Shown here: positions 41,720-53,230 of the stretch, one piece after another | How positions within the stretch are numbered: the stretch's first letter is position 1 | Layout of the letters: every line of letters starts with the position of its first letter | From: Epiperipatus broadwayi | Taxonomy: Eukaryota > Animalia > Onychophora | Assembly (NCBI GenBank): GCA_028023455.1 | Contig: JAQFVV010000003.1 | Location: 6,386,001 to 6,450,000, forward strand | Length of the DNA stretch: 64,000 bases | Direction of reading: 5' to 3' | Translations under genes and position numbers: made by a program | Notes under the pieces: generated by a model | Database searches by the model: none | Told to the model about the DNA's origin: nothing | What the model saw: only the letters and a program-made list of their open reading frames with translations

Positions 41720-43880
41720 AGGATCTTGGTATTATATTTAATAATAATGGATCATTTACCTTTCTTATGTAAATGTAAACGTGAAAAAATAGTTCCTAAA
41801 TGTCTGGAACTAAAACCTCCAGTTCACTCCCAGAGAGTAAGTGAAACCTCTGTTAAGAAAGAAAATAAATACTCAAATGTTTTCCAAGTATCAAACCTTG
41901 CATTCTATTAATAATGTAAAATGTTTTCTAAAAAATAATGATGAAGACTTCACAAGAGTTTCTCAAGCAGTAAGAAAATCATATTCTACATTACGTGTAA
42001 AAATAAAAGTATCCCAAAAACTATAAGGGCATATCAAAAATCATAATGTACCAAATAGTGTACCAGCTTCCTCTAATAAAAATATCAGTTCTAAACATTT
42101 AAGAGCTTCTGAAATCTCTGTTTTCAAAAAAAGGATTAAACTTTACCATCACACATCTAATATCCTGTTATTAGATATAATGTCAGACATTGAGGAAATC
42201 ACTCAAAAATTGCCTTTAGTAGAAGAAGTAGAATTACACTGAGAATAAAAGAACACTTGAGAAGCAACAAAATTTGAAATCAAACAAATCCTTTGATGAG
42301 TGGAGTGGAAAGCAATTAAATCTCTCAAAATAGATAAATCTATAATTATTCTCCCTGTTGACAAAGGTATTGAAACAATTGTAATAGATACAACTGATTA
42401 CAACAACAAAATACAAAAGCTCCTCACTGCAGGTCAATACAGAAAAATGGCAAAAAATCTGATACTGAGTACAGAAACAAAGTTACATGCATTACTCATA
42501 AAGCATCATAGGTAATTCAGTGATTCAGAAAGAGTAAACTAACACCATATTTCAGCAAAATTCCTCATTTTTATGGTTATTTAAAATTCATGAGGATCAT
42601 GTTCCATTAAGACCTATTGTTAGTTTGTCAAGATTTCTTCTCAAAGTTCTCAATCCTTTGGCATCAAATACCCAAATCCTTTGTCAGGTTTCTAGATGCT
42701 TTGTAGAATTAATCAAAAATATGAGAATTGAAAGAACTAACCTACTAGTAAGCTTTGATATAAAAGTTTATTCACAGATGTACCATGCTAATAAGTATTA
42801 TCTATTGTAAGAAGATTAAATGGTGATAATAGCTTACAAGCCAAAACAACTCTTCCTGCTGATAGCATAATGAAACTATTAACATTCTGTATAACAACAA
42901 CATACATTCAATACAACACAGAGTTTTTTCAACAAAATCAAGGAATGGCTATAAATTCATGCTTGTCATCTCTGATGAGCAATATTTACATGAAAGAACT
43001 CAAAAACACAGTCATATGGATTATTCCATATCTACTTAAAGTTTGACTTTACTATGTTGATAATACATTTGTTATATGGCCACATGGTAGAGTGTTACTA
43101 CAAACTTTCTGGAAACATGTAAACACCATACCCCCTTTTGTTAAATTCACAATAGAATCAGAACAAGAACAAAAATTGGCATTCTTAGATGTTCTTGTAT
43201 CAAGACTCACTCAAGGCAAAATCAAAACTACAGTTTATGGAAAAGCCACACATACAGAAAAATATTTAAGATATACATCCAATAACATCAGAAACACAAA
43301 ACATGGAGTTATTCTATCACTATAAAACAGTGCAAAAAAGTTTGTTCAGAAATGAGTGATTTTAAAAAAAAAAAGATCTATATAAAACAAACTCATATGA
43401 AAAATGGCTATCCATCAGCTGTTATTAAGAAAACCTTAAATAGACAACAAAAAAAACTATAAAAAAACAATTATTGGTAATGTAGTGTATCCATACATAC
43501 TAAAAATAGCAGAAAAATTTAAAAAAATTTGCAATCAGTCTAACATCAGAAAGCCTTCCAGAGCCATACCACACTATGAGCAATTCTAACATCTACAAAA
43601 CCTAAACTTGAAATGATGAAAAGCAAAAACTACATCTATGAAATACCATGTGAATGTGGGAAAATGTATATTGATGAGACCAGTCACCCCATTAAAAAGT
43701 GATTACAAGATCACTAACTGATGATTAGAAGAGAGAAAACAGATGTGTCTAAGGTAGCAGTCCATATACGTACCAGTAAACAAGTGTTCAATTTTGAAAA
43801 TACAAAACATTGAATAGAGAGAAAAAGGCATGAAAGATAAAATTAAAATAAGCTGCTCACATAATGCATGAAAACCATTA
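41720..43880 (+). mobile_element. Near full-length but decayed Penelope/Poseidon-like element
   Basis: N-terminal DHLPFLCKCKREKIVPKCLELKPP; ILPVDKG; LVSFDIK; GMAINSCLS; YVDNTFVIW; FTIESEQEQKLAFLDV; YIYEIPCECGKMYI; many stops and frameshifts. Confidence 0.92.
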
Positions 43881-43965
43881 ATCAGCTTAACTTTCAGAAA
43901 AAAGTGAAGAAATCGGGAGAAACCTCATAAATAAGCATATGAAATTTCTACTGACTATTGCCTTT

Positions 43966-44069
43966 GGCCGGTTGGCTCAGTTGATTAGAGTGTTACCTTA
44001 TAATCCAATATTCAAGGATTTAAGGGTCCAAGTTCCATTCCCATGCTACTACTGTTACTGGTCAGGCCA
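43966..44069 (+). pseudogene. tRNA-Ile(AAU)-derived sequence at the Penelope 3' end
   Basis: GGCCGGTTGGCTCAGTTGATTAGAGTGT versus eukaryotic tRNA-Ile GGCCGGTTAGCTCAGTTGGTTAGAGCGT; degenerate B box ggtccaagttcc; ends caggcca; insertions prevent a canonical cloverleaf. Confidence 0.7.
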
Positions 44070-44289
44070 AAAACATCTGAAGGAGAATAATAATACCTCT
44101 CAAAATGTTGTGCATATACCAGCCTGTTTGCTATTATTAACAGTTGAATGTAATTGGAAAATTTAAATAAAGTTAATTTGTCTAAAGACATTCAATACTT
44201 AATATTAGATGATGGAAATAGTCCAATATATAAATACAACTAAAATATCATCATTGCAAATCTTCAAGAAACCACCATGTAAAGGAATT

Positions 44290-44556
44290 GATTTAAATTA
44301 GCCAATTTTTTAATAAGGAGACACAGGATTCTTTCTTGTTGATTGCAAGATGTTGTTAGAAATGTAAAAAGGTCTCTTTAATTTTGCATTTATCATCCTT
44401 TCAGAGGAGACAATATTGGCAGATGTGGGTTCAAAGCTATGACCATGTTTAGACTTGTGTTTGAAGATTATAGTTTTAATATTGGTATTAGTCTCAGCTC
44501 GATTGCATTGGTATCTGTGCTGTATGATTCTTGTAGAGAGATTATTAAAAGAAGAA
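44290..44556 (-). mobile_element. Penelope-like GIY-YIG C-terminal fragment
   Basis: NLSTRIIQHRYQCNRAETNTNIKTIIFKHKSKHGHSFEPTSANIVSSE resembles the L..R..EH...H....GH.F...IL segment of PLE endonucleases. Confidence 0.65.
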
Positions 44557-45112
44557 CTGAGGAGTGCCAAAGCATAAAACCAATGGTCTGGGGTTTAGGT
44601 GTGGTTTCTGATAGAGATATTTTAAATGCTTTTTCTTGCTAAGCATATATCACAAAGCTTGTTCAGCAACTAAAAAAGCTCTTTGTTTATATTTTACAAG
44701 CTTAAAAAAAGGGTCATGTGATATATGACTATTTTTTATTGACTATTTTGTAGTCTTTGCTTTAAGTCTTAAGTGATCTTATATTGCTAATACTACTAAT
44801 ATATAGTTTTTCTGAAGATCTCTCAGCTCCATATAGCTATTTGAGTTCGATAGCTGGGTTTGAAGACATTTGACTGTCTGAAAATTTCAAATTTTCTACT
44901 CAACAGTTAACTCTTAGATAAATACTGGCTTTAGGTTAATATTTTTAGATCTAGTGTCTGAATCTATCCTAGCACCTCACCAAGAAGTACCAGCACACAA
45001 AACCATTGGTCTGGGATTTGGGTGTATTTTCTGATAGAGATATTTTAAATGCTTTCTCTTGCTAAGCATTTATCACAAAGCTTGTCGAGCAATTAGCAAA
45101 GCTCTTTGTTTA
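44557..45112 (+). mobile_element. Retrozyme-like element, family B copy 2 (two hammerhead motifs 423 nt apart)
   Basis: HHR1 CTGAGGA gtgc-caaa-gcat AAAA ccaatgg tc tgggg (44557-44593); HHR2 cctca ccaagaa gtac-ca-gcac ac AAAA ccattgg tc tggga (44975-45016); ~110-bp direct repeats follow each. Confidence 0.8.
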
Positions 45113-48099
45113 AAAACTAAAAAATATGTTTTAAAATTTGTGATTTTATTTTGGATTTATTTTGTTTTATATTCTATTCATTGTTTTAGTATACAAATTT
45201 TATTATTATTGCTTTATTATTGTGCATTCTTTTATTATAAGATTATGTAAACTACTTTTATCTAATGAGTTTCTAATGTTTGTAAAAACCTACGAAAACA
45301 TTGATTTTGCTTATTAGATTTTATTCTCAGATGGAATCAAAATAAGTTATTATTATTGTTGCTTTATTTTTTATTAAGGCTATATTCATTAGCTGTTGAT
45401 ATTTAATCAAAATTAATTTTAAATAAATGTATTCCACAATGCACATAATACTTTTAAAATTAACCATTTTTCTATCTATATGAAAGTGAAAGAAAAAAGA
45501 TAACTCAGGAAAGCTTAAAAAGTTTAATTTTTAGAAGTTGTAATTATTCTATTTATGTTAATTCAGAAATCACATTGTAAGTCTGAATTATCAATGAACA
45601 ATAGATGATAGAGCTAAAATCAGATTCCTAAATTGATTTCTGCCTCAAAACTTAAGACATTGCCAAGTTTTAGATTATTTACATTTAGAAGCCATCTTTA
45701 TACTTTGTGTGTTCAACGCTATACGTTAAAGGAAAGCAGAAAAATTTATATTGTTTCATAGATTTGAATTTTATTTCCAACTTGTAATTTTATTTTTAAA
45801 TTATTATGTAAAAGAAGAGTTTTTTTAAAATATATATATAATTTAAAATCTATATTTGTTAATTAATACAGAAAAATGTATTAATTATAGTCTTTCAAAA
45901 GATTATAAAAATTTAATTATAAACTAGAATATTAATGAGTAAATTATAAACTAGAATATAATGCATTGTTTTGTTCTCCAAATGATTTAAAAATGGTTGG
46001 TGGAATAAAATAATTGCATTAAATTCAGATTTAGAAGATATATTTGAGATTATGACTGCTATTTACTTAAATGTTACTTTGATAATTTATTTTTATAATG
46101 AGAGTGATTGATTAGTTATTATATAATAAATGTGTTATATGCTAGATATAGCTAAAATAATTATTTTTGTCATATCCCGCTTTGGATTTTTTTAAGGACA
46201 TTGTATTTTTTATTTAAAAGTCACATGACTGATGGTCATCTTATTTTAAAAACAGTTACGAAACTATAACTCAAACACACCAATAAAAAGATACGATTAG
46301 TTTGAAAAAATAACTTTAGTCTTGCTAGCCAAACATATTTCAAAAAAATTAAAATTTTCCCTAACTTTATGTTGTCTTTTAAGAAATCTTGAAAAAGTTA
46401 CTTGGCGGAGTTTCTTATTGAGAAAAGTTAAGATCTGATATCATTGACGTGATTGCAGAAATCTGCAATATGGAAAAATATGTCCCACATCATCACCACA
46501 GAGGACCAACTAATCATTTGTAAGATCTGTTGAGAAAGGACATTTGGAATATTTGATAAATGACTAAATTCTCACAGCAATCAAGCCATCCTCAATCAAC
46601 ATTTTCTTTAGAGATTTAATGGACATATCATATGATGAATAAATAGTAAGTTAATATCAGTGTAATATATATCTGTCATAGGGGATATCTTAATTCAATC
46701 AGTTGCTTCTGGATAAATTAATCCCTGTTTACATATTTAAAAAATCTTTGCCATTTTAACAGGTCCTATATTTTGAACATCAGATAAATCAACATTAATG
46801 AAAGTATGTTGCATTGATGAATTAATAGAAGCCCAATAACATAATAGGTGTAGATTAGCATTTATGTATTTATTATTGTTATGGTTGCATAAAATAAAAT
46901 AATTCTGGGGCATAGAATGTCATCATGCTCATAAAAGGATATTTATTACTTTGATTTTTGTTTAAAAACTACAAAAGGATTGAAATTTAACATTGTGAAT
47001 TGGCTTATTTTTTAGTCTTTTAATTTATTATTATATTAGTTTTTGTCTTAGATAAACATATAATGGCTAATGTTTTGAAACTTTTGAAGACATTCCTGAA
47101 AAAATAGAGGGGGGGATCTATCATTTTGTTGAAATTTCCAAGCTAAAAATTGGTTTAATAAAGTATATCACACAATCAAATTTGTAGCACATGAGTTATT
47201 GATATGGTTGTAATCAGGACATCATGGACAAAGGCCAACTTAGATATCTCTTTGTCAAATCTAATATTAATACTTTAGGCTTAAGACAACAAATCTCTTG
47301 TAACACCAATTTAATAATTTGATTTATGAGGATTTTATGATTTATATAATCAAAACCTCTTTAGTTTTTTGATATGACAATGACATCATTTAGACTATTT
47401 CTATTACAAAGGTAATTGTTTTGAAACAATACAATAGCATGGTACCTTTGCTTTTCTAAAGCTAAAATGCATGGACCAGTGCTTAGTTGCATATAAGGAT
47501 AAAACATATCCAGGAGGATTCTTACAAACATCTTAATATGTTTATTCTAGATTGATATGACTAAAGATCATGAATCTTGAGATACATTTTAATTATATTT
47601 TTTATTAAAAGTTAATACTTAACTGGGAATGACTTATTATCAAGCTGCATATGCAAAATATCTGTTACAGTTTATCAATTTTAATGTTTTTCTAACTGAC
47701 TTAAAAAGAATAAAATAATTTAATACAAAGAGATGGAAGCAGAAAATAACTTGTATTTCTGAGGCCAAAAATTTGAGCAAACACAGAATTGTAGTGATTG
47801 GTGTAATTATTCTTATTTACCTATAATTAAAAATAAATAAATCACAGTCAATAAAGAAAAGTGAGAATCATATAAGCAGTTATCCTAGTATTGATGTAAG
47901 ATTGTTAAAATATCACTAACATAAAAAATAGATGCATTTAAACTAAGAGAACTAAAAAACTGCTTAGGAATTTACAATCACCAAATAAAAATGTCACTTT
48001 TGTAATCGTCAAATTAGTCAGAAAAGTGTTATTGTTTAGCATTCACAACAACAATCTAAAAGGATTACATAAAATAGTGTCAGATTCTATAATCAATAA

Positions 48100-48870
48100 T
48101 AAAATCAGATCGTATTTGAAAATTTTACTGAGGATTATACAAATTAATAAATCAGACAATACTAAAGATGATTGCTTAAGACTTTTATAGTCAAGACTTG
48201 AGACAGCACTAGAAAAGATTACTTAGATTTCTACGATCAATAAATCAGATTTCACAGAAATTTAATAGAGATTATATGATCAACAAATTAGACTATATTG
48301 GAGAATATTGCTTAAACCTATGATCAAGAAATCAGACCATGCTGGGGAAGATTTCTTAAAATTCTACAATCAATAAATCAGACAATATTTGAGAATATTG
48401 CTTAGGATTTTATGACCAACAAGTCAGACAGGAATAGAGAAGGTTACTTTAGAATTTATGATCTATAAATCATATGGCATTAAAAAGAATTGTTTAGAAT
48501 TCTATGGTCAATAAATCAGACAACACTGGTGAAATTTTCATATGATATTATGGTTAGCCAATCAGACAGTATTGAGATGATTATTTAAAATTATATAACA
48601 ACAAAACATACATCACTGGAGAAGATTGGGATTCTACAGTCATCAAATATCATTGGAAAGAATTTCTTAATATCCTATGAATCTATAAATGTGGCAGTAC
48701 TCAAAAAGATTATTTAATATTTTATGATCAAGGTAGTCAATACTGAAGATAAATTCTTAAAATTCTATGATCAAAAATTCAAGCGACATAGAAAATGATT
48801 ACTTAACATTCAATAATCAACAAATTAGTTAGTATTAGAAAAGATTACTTAGGATTCTACAAATTATACA
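48100..48870. repeat. Degenerate 46-bp minisatellite, about 17 units
   Basis: aaatcagac anchor recurs at 48374, 48420, 48466 and 48512 (46-bp spacing); approximate consensus AAATCAGACAATATTGGAGAAGATTACTTAGGATTCTATGATCAAT. Confidence 0.8.
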
Positions 48871-49651
48871 CAGAAAAAGAATCAGCCTTAGCACTATTTG
48901 AAAACTGAAATACTAAAACAAAAATTATCAAAATATATTGACCACATCATGAGAAGTGATAATAAAATGAGGGGGGAGGATATTAATGTCAGCAGAAAAT
49001 TAAAAAAAACAAAGCAAGAAAGTCCATATATGAAATTAATGTGTGGAATCTTAAAAGCTACAGATATGTACATGCAAAAATTTTATCATACTATGAGAAA
49101 CACAAAATAGTAGCAAAATATCATGAGTCATAATTTATTTATTGAAGTTGATGACTATCATTAGATTTTTTTATATCTTGCTCAATGTTTATTTCATCAG
49201 TGCCTGAATGTTAGCTTCATAGCACATTATATAATTATCGATTTCTTGGTCTTTGTCTTTCTAAGTCTTCTTTTTATTCTAATAAAAAAACCATTAAAAC
49301 ATTATTCAAATGTATTACTGGTATCAGATAAAGTTTACAAATTATGGCATCAATTCCATTTAACATTTTGTCAGGCCATGTGATCTTCAATTTTTGTAAA
49401 ATCAAAATATTAAAATGTCTCTGCTTTTCACAATGACCAGATCTTTTAACCACATATCATTTTCAGATGAAGATTTATGTAACTAAATATTTTTGTATTT
49501 TTAAAGTAGTTCAAAATATTTTGTTACTTCAATAAAATTATTACTAATTATTTTTATATTTTCACATGAATCATATCCTTCACACATAAAAAAGTAAAAT
49601 TTGTTAAATGTTCTAAAAATATACCTATACAAAATAACACATGATTCTCTT

Positions 49652-49841
49652 TCTAAAACAGGCAAAACTCTCCTTACAGTAATGCCACTCAGTACAAGCC
49701 AGAGTAATCAATGGATGCCAGAAGGCTTGTGCATAAAATCCCTGTTTAGTGTCTATTCGTCCAATATCCTCAGATTAGTTTCTGGCTTGTGGCCTTCATC
49801 AGCGAGGAGCCTTGGATGCATTAGGAGCACTAAACCACTCC
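49652..49841 (-). mobile_element. Hammerhead-bearing short repeat, family A copy 3
   Basis: Minus strand tcctcg CTGATGA aggccacaagcca GAAA ctaatc tgagga (49808-49767), then the shared body (cagggattttatgc...ggcatccattgattactctggcttg). Confidence 0.8.
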
Positions 49842-49902
49842 ATTTATTTCACTTCAGAGCTTAAAGTAGTCAGTAGAAATTAAATGGTAGTACAATGTCC
49901 AA

Positions 49903-49946
49903 ATCCCCAAAATACTTTCTGGCTAATAATCTTCATCAGTAAGAAG
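49903..49946 (-). ncRNA. Second, degenerate family-A-like hammerhead motif upstream of copy 3
   Basis: cttctta CTGATGA agattattagcca GAAA gtattt tggggat; same spacing and flanks as family A; core 137 nt from the copy 3 core. Confidence 0.55.
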
Positions 49947-51137
49947 ATTTTTTACACTCATATCAATCAGATACTTTTACTTCTTTTGTAGTATCTTAAA
50001 ACAATAACTTGAGATTAAAACACCCTAGGATTTGGAAATACTTTTTAGTAATAGATCTGACATTAATGACCTCAACTTTACTTTAACTGGAGTACTTTTG
50101 ACTCTTTCTCTTTTCTCAATTTATTTTTATATTTTGTTGATTATTTTTTAATGTTAACATTTTTTTAAATATACTATATGACATATATGTATATTTGTTA
50201 AACTCTTATATAGGGTTTTAAATGGCCTTTAGTTATTCACAGAAGGCTTGAAAATGAAGGCAAGCAATATGGAAGGAACTATTTAACAGAAGCACCACAT
50301 CACTTTCTATTTTCAACATTTGAATTATTTGTTCAAAACATATATTATATTCTTGCAAGAGTGAAGATCTCTGATGATCAATAGAAATAGTTTACAATTG
50401 CTTTCTATCCATTATGACAATTTACTATAGTGTTGTGTGTAGATTAACTCCAAAAATAATGATCACCATTAAAAAATATTATATTTTTTAATATTGTCCT
50501 AAAATATCAATAAATCATGAAAACATTAAAATATGTCTACCTTTATTAAGACTGTGTCAAAAGATACCATAACTGTGAGATTCAGTTCCAAGCCTTTATG
50601 TAGATAATTGAATCCGCAGTAAATACTTGACCCAATTTAATTGAGAAATTATACATTTAAGACATCAACAAAAATAATAATATAAAAATAAAATAATGTA
50701 GTCTTAAGAAAAGCAATACATTATTAGACCAAGACAGAATACATAGTTATGAGTATGTAACAAGAACATGAGAATGAGTTAAGAAAATGATTTATTGAGA
50801 GAGGATTTATCACACAGTTTATACAAATGTGGACACATGAAATTTATACATTAGTTTCAGAACTTTTAATTATTTAATTTTTTTATTTACTATTTTTTTA
50901 AAACTAAGAATAGTGAGAATGTGAAATGACTATTATATTAAAATCAATTATTACATTCAAATGTCATTAAATATAAATTGAGATAGGTCAAATATAGATA
51001 AATTTCATACAGAAGCAATAGAAAAACTCCATTCTATACTTTTTTTGTTTATCAATGGAGTTATACTAGTTCATACATAGCTCACTGGAGTTTTTTATTT
51101 GCTTTTGCATGGATTCTAATGTCATTATAGAACTCAC

Positions 51138-51368
51138 CTGTTTCAATGGCTTCTTTGATGTTAATACTACAGATTGTCTCAATACTATCATTTTGTTCAC
51201 TGTTATCTCCAAATTCATAACGGATAACTTTAACACGTATAAATCCTGGTCCACTAGTCATTTTGTGTTTAGCCTGATGTAAGCGAATATTGACTTCAGA
51301 GTAATTTGAATGGTACCTCAGACGCCGATCTGCACCATCTAATCCACCACGAATAAATCTTTGCAATT
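51138..51368 (-). CDS. PRKCD: Novel PKC (delta/theta-like) exon, start of C2-like domain; conserved Met at 51261
   Basis: Translates ...MTSGPGFIRVKVIRYEFGDNSEQNDSIETICSINIKEAIET, matching the PKC delta N-terminus (MAPFLRIAFNSYELG...FCAVKMKEALSTE). Acceptor ttttgatttcag ends at 51369; donor ACAG|gtgagt starts at 51137; phase 1 fits the next exon. The delta-versus-theta name is by similarity only. Confidence 0.9.
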
Positions 51369-52619
51369 CTGAAATCAAAAACATATACAAAACAAATGTA
51401 GCAAAAATAACTTAAAAATTGTGTATAATATATATTAAAATAACTAAATTATTCCAGGTAACAATTATTAAATAATTAAAACAAAACAGGGACACATACA
51501 AATATACTTTCAAAGGACTACCTCTCACTTATTTAAATTTTCTTTTAACTTTCAATAAAAAAATAGAATTGGATTTTCATGATCTTTAATTTATAGTATT
51601 AATTTATATTTTATTCAATACAAATATGTACATACACAATTATAAAAATAAATCACAAATCTATTGTCAAAACAACATTACAATTAGGCATTAAATGATA
51701 ATCCAGGATTTCCATTAATTGTCTAATTTTGTTGTTTTGACAAGAAATTGCTAATATTCTAATGGTTTCTTATGCATGATGGCTGTATTAAAATTCAAAT
51801 CATTAGCTTGAGCATACCAGAAGTAAAAAGAAATGCATGCAGGATGGTTATAGTACAGATAGTGCTCCATGCAAATAAAGGCAATAACAAAAAAGTAGTT
51901 GCATTGCTTTAAGTTACATAAGTAAAAAAAAATAAACAATGATAAAGATGACAATAATCATCAGGATAATAAAATACTCATGATAAAGTATTTATGAATT
52001 TTTTATCCTTTTTATCCTATAACTAAACAAGTGTTTTTATTAACCTATAACTGGATGGCTACTTGAATTCACTAATCACTAATAATCTGAAAATATTCTC
52101 AACTACATATAATTGATAAATCAAGATGTATGGCTAACAACCCCACTCTGAGATTGCATGGATCCATGTTGAAACAGATGGAAAGCATAGCAAAGTCTTC
52201 TAGAGAGATGTGAACAAGAGAAGCTATGTATTGATAATGGTTGAAAATGATATCTAAGTATATATTTTATTTTTTGAAAAAGATATTAAACCTAACATGA
52301 GTAGAAAGAGTGATGAAATATTGATTTTAAAATGATCATCTATTAATAAAAATTAACTTATAAAATAATAATAATATGAGTGTTTAAATTAAGACATGTT
52401 AGACCTATCGTGATGGAATGTGGACTAAAGAAAGAGGTTGTGTTTTAAAAAATATATATACAGTACACATCTGATAATGATCAATTAGCTTTGAAATAGA
52501 TGTATTGCATCCTTGAAATAAAAGGCTCAATATTAAAGGTATAATGCATTAATCATAAAAAAAATATTTTAGTTATATTGAATTAATAAGTGTGCAGAAA
52601 TATTTTAATATATTAAATC

Positions 52620-53230
52620 AAATATCGATTTAAAATCAATTTATTACGAATACTTAGAGATTTCTTTCAAATTTAAGATCAAAGCTTTTGAATAAAAGCA
52701 CAAGCTTTCTGCAACATGGGTAATTAAAGAAATTTTGCAACATTAATAAATTAAAAAGTCTTAATTCATTAAATAAAAACCTTAATGGAGCGCACTTGGT
52801 TAGCCAACCGTTCGATCATGAGATCTCATCAATTCAGATAACGTCAACTGCTTTAGCTTTATTAATCCTGCAAATTTAAGTAAGCATACAAAGTTAATTA
52901 GTAGCTATATAAAAACAAACCGATATTATGTAAAAACCAACTTCATAATAAGTACTTAACGTTTATTTTAAAACGGACTCCAATATTTATCACAACAACA
53001 AATATATATATATATATCAAATATTCTAATGAGATAATTTTTATTTATTTACCACGGGACGCGAAAAGCAAACTATATAATCCCAAAAAGTAATCTTGGA
53101 AAAAATATTTGCGATCAGACATAAATACACTTGATTATCATCAATGAGTTTTCTATTGCTTTAGCCTAATTTCTGGTGTGTAATGCGTGTTAAGTTTAAT
53201 ATACCGCAATTATAGGAAGAACAGGGACTC
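52620..53230 (-). promoter_or_regulatory. CpG-retaining region, likely promoter/first-exon region of the PKC gene
   Basis: About 15 CpGs in ~600 bp against a strongly CpG-poor background; surrounds the candidate first exon; DRE-like ATATCGAT at 52622-52629. Confidence 0.4.
53053..53122 (-). CDS. Candidate upstream coding exon of the PKC gene (MSDRKYFFQDYFLGLYSLLFASR)
   Basis: ATG at 53122, 23 open codons plus 1 nt, donor-like GTG|gtaaat at 53052; phase 1 joins in frame to the stop-free 5' part of exon 51138-51368. No homology recognised. Confidence 0.4.

Noticed and set aside
46380-46800. Minus-strand KQGLIYPE segment reminiscent of P-element/THAP transposase C-termini
   Set aside because: A single short motif among many stops; insufficient evidence.
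50365-52505. Isolated CTGATGA/CTGATAA...GAAA matches at ~50370 and ~52472
   Set aside because: Stem II or stem III cannot be formed; such heptamers are expected by chance in AT-rich DNA.
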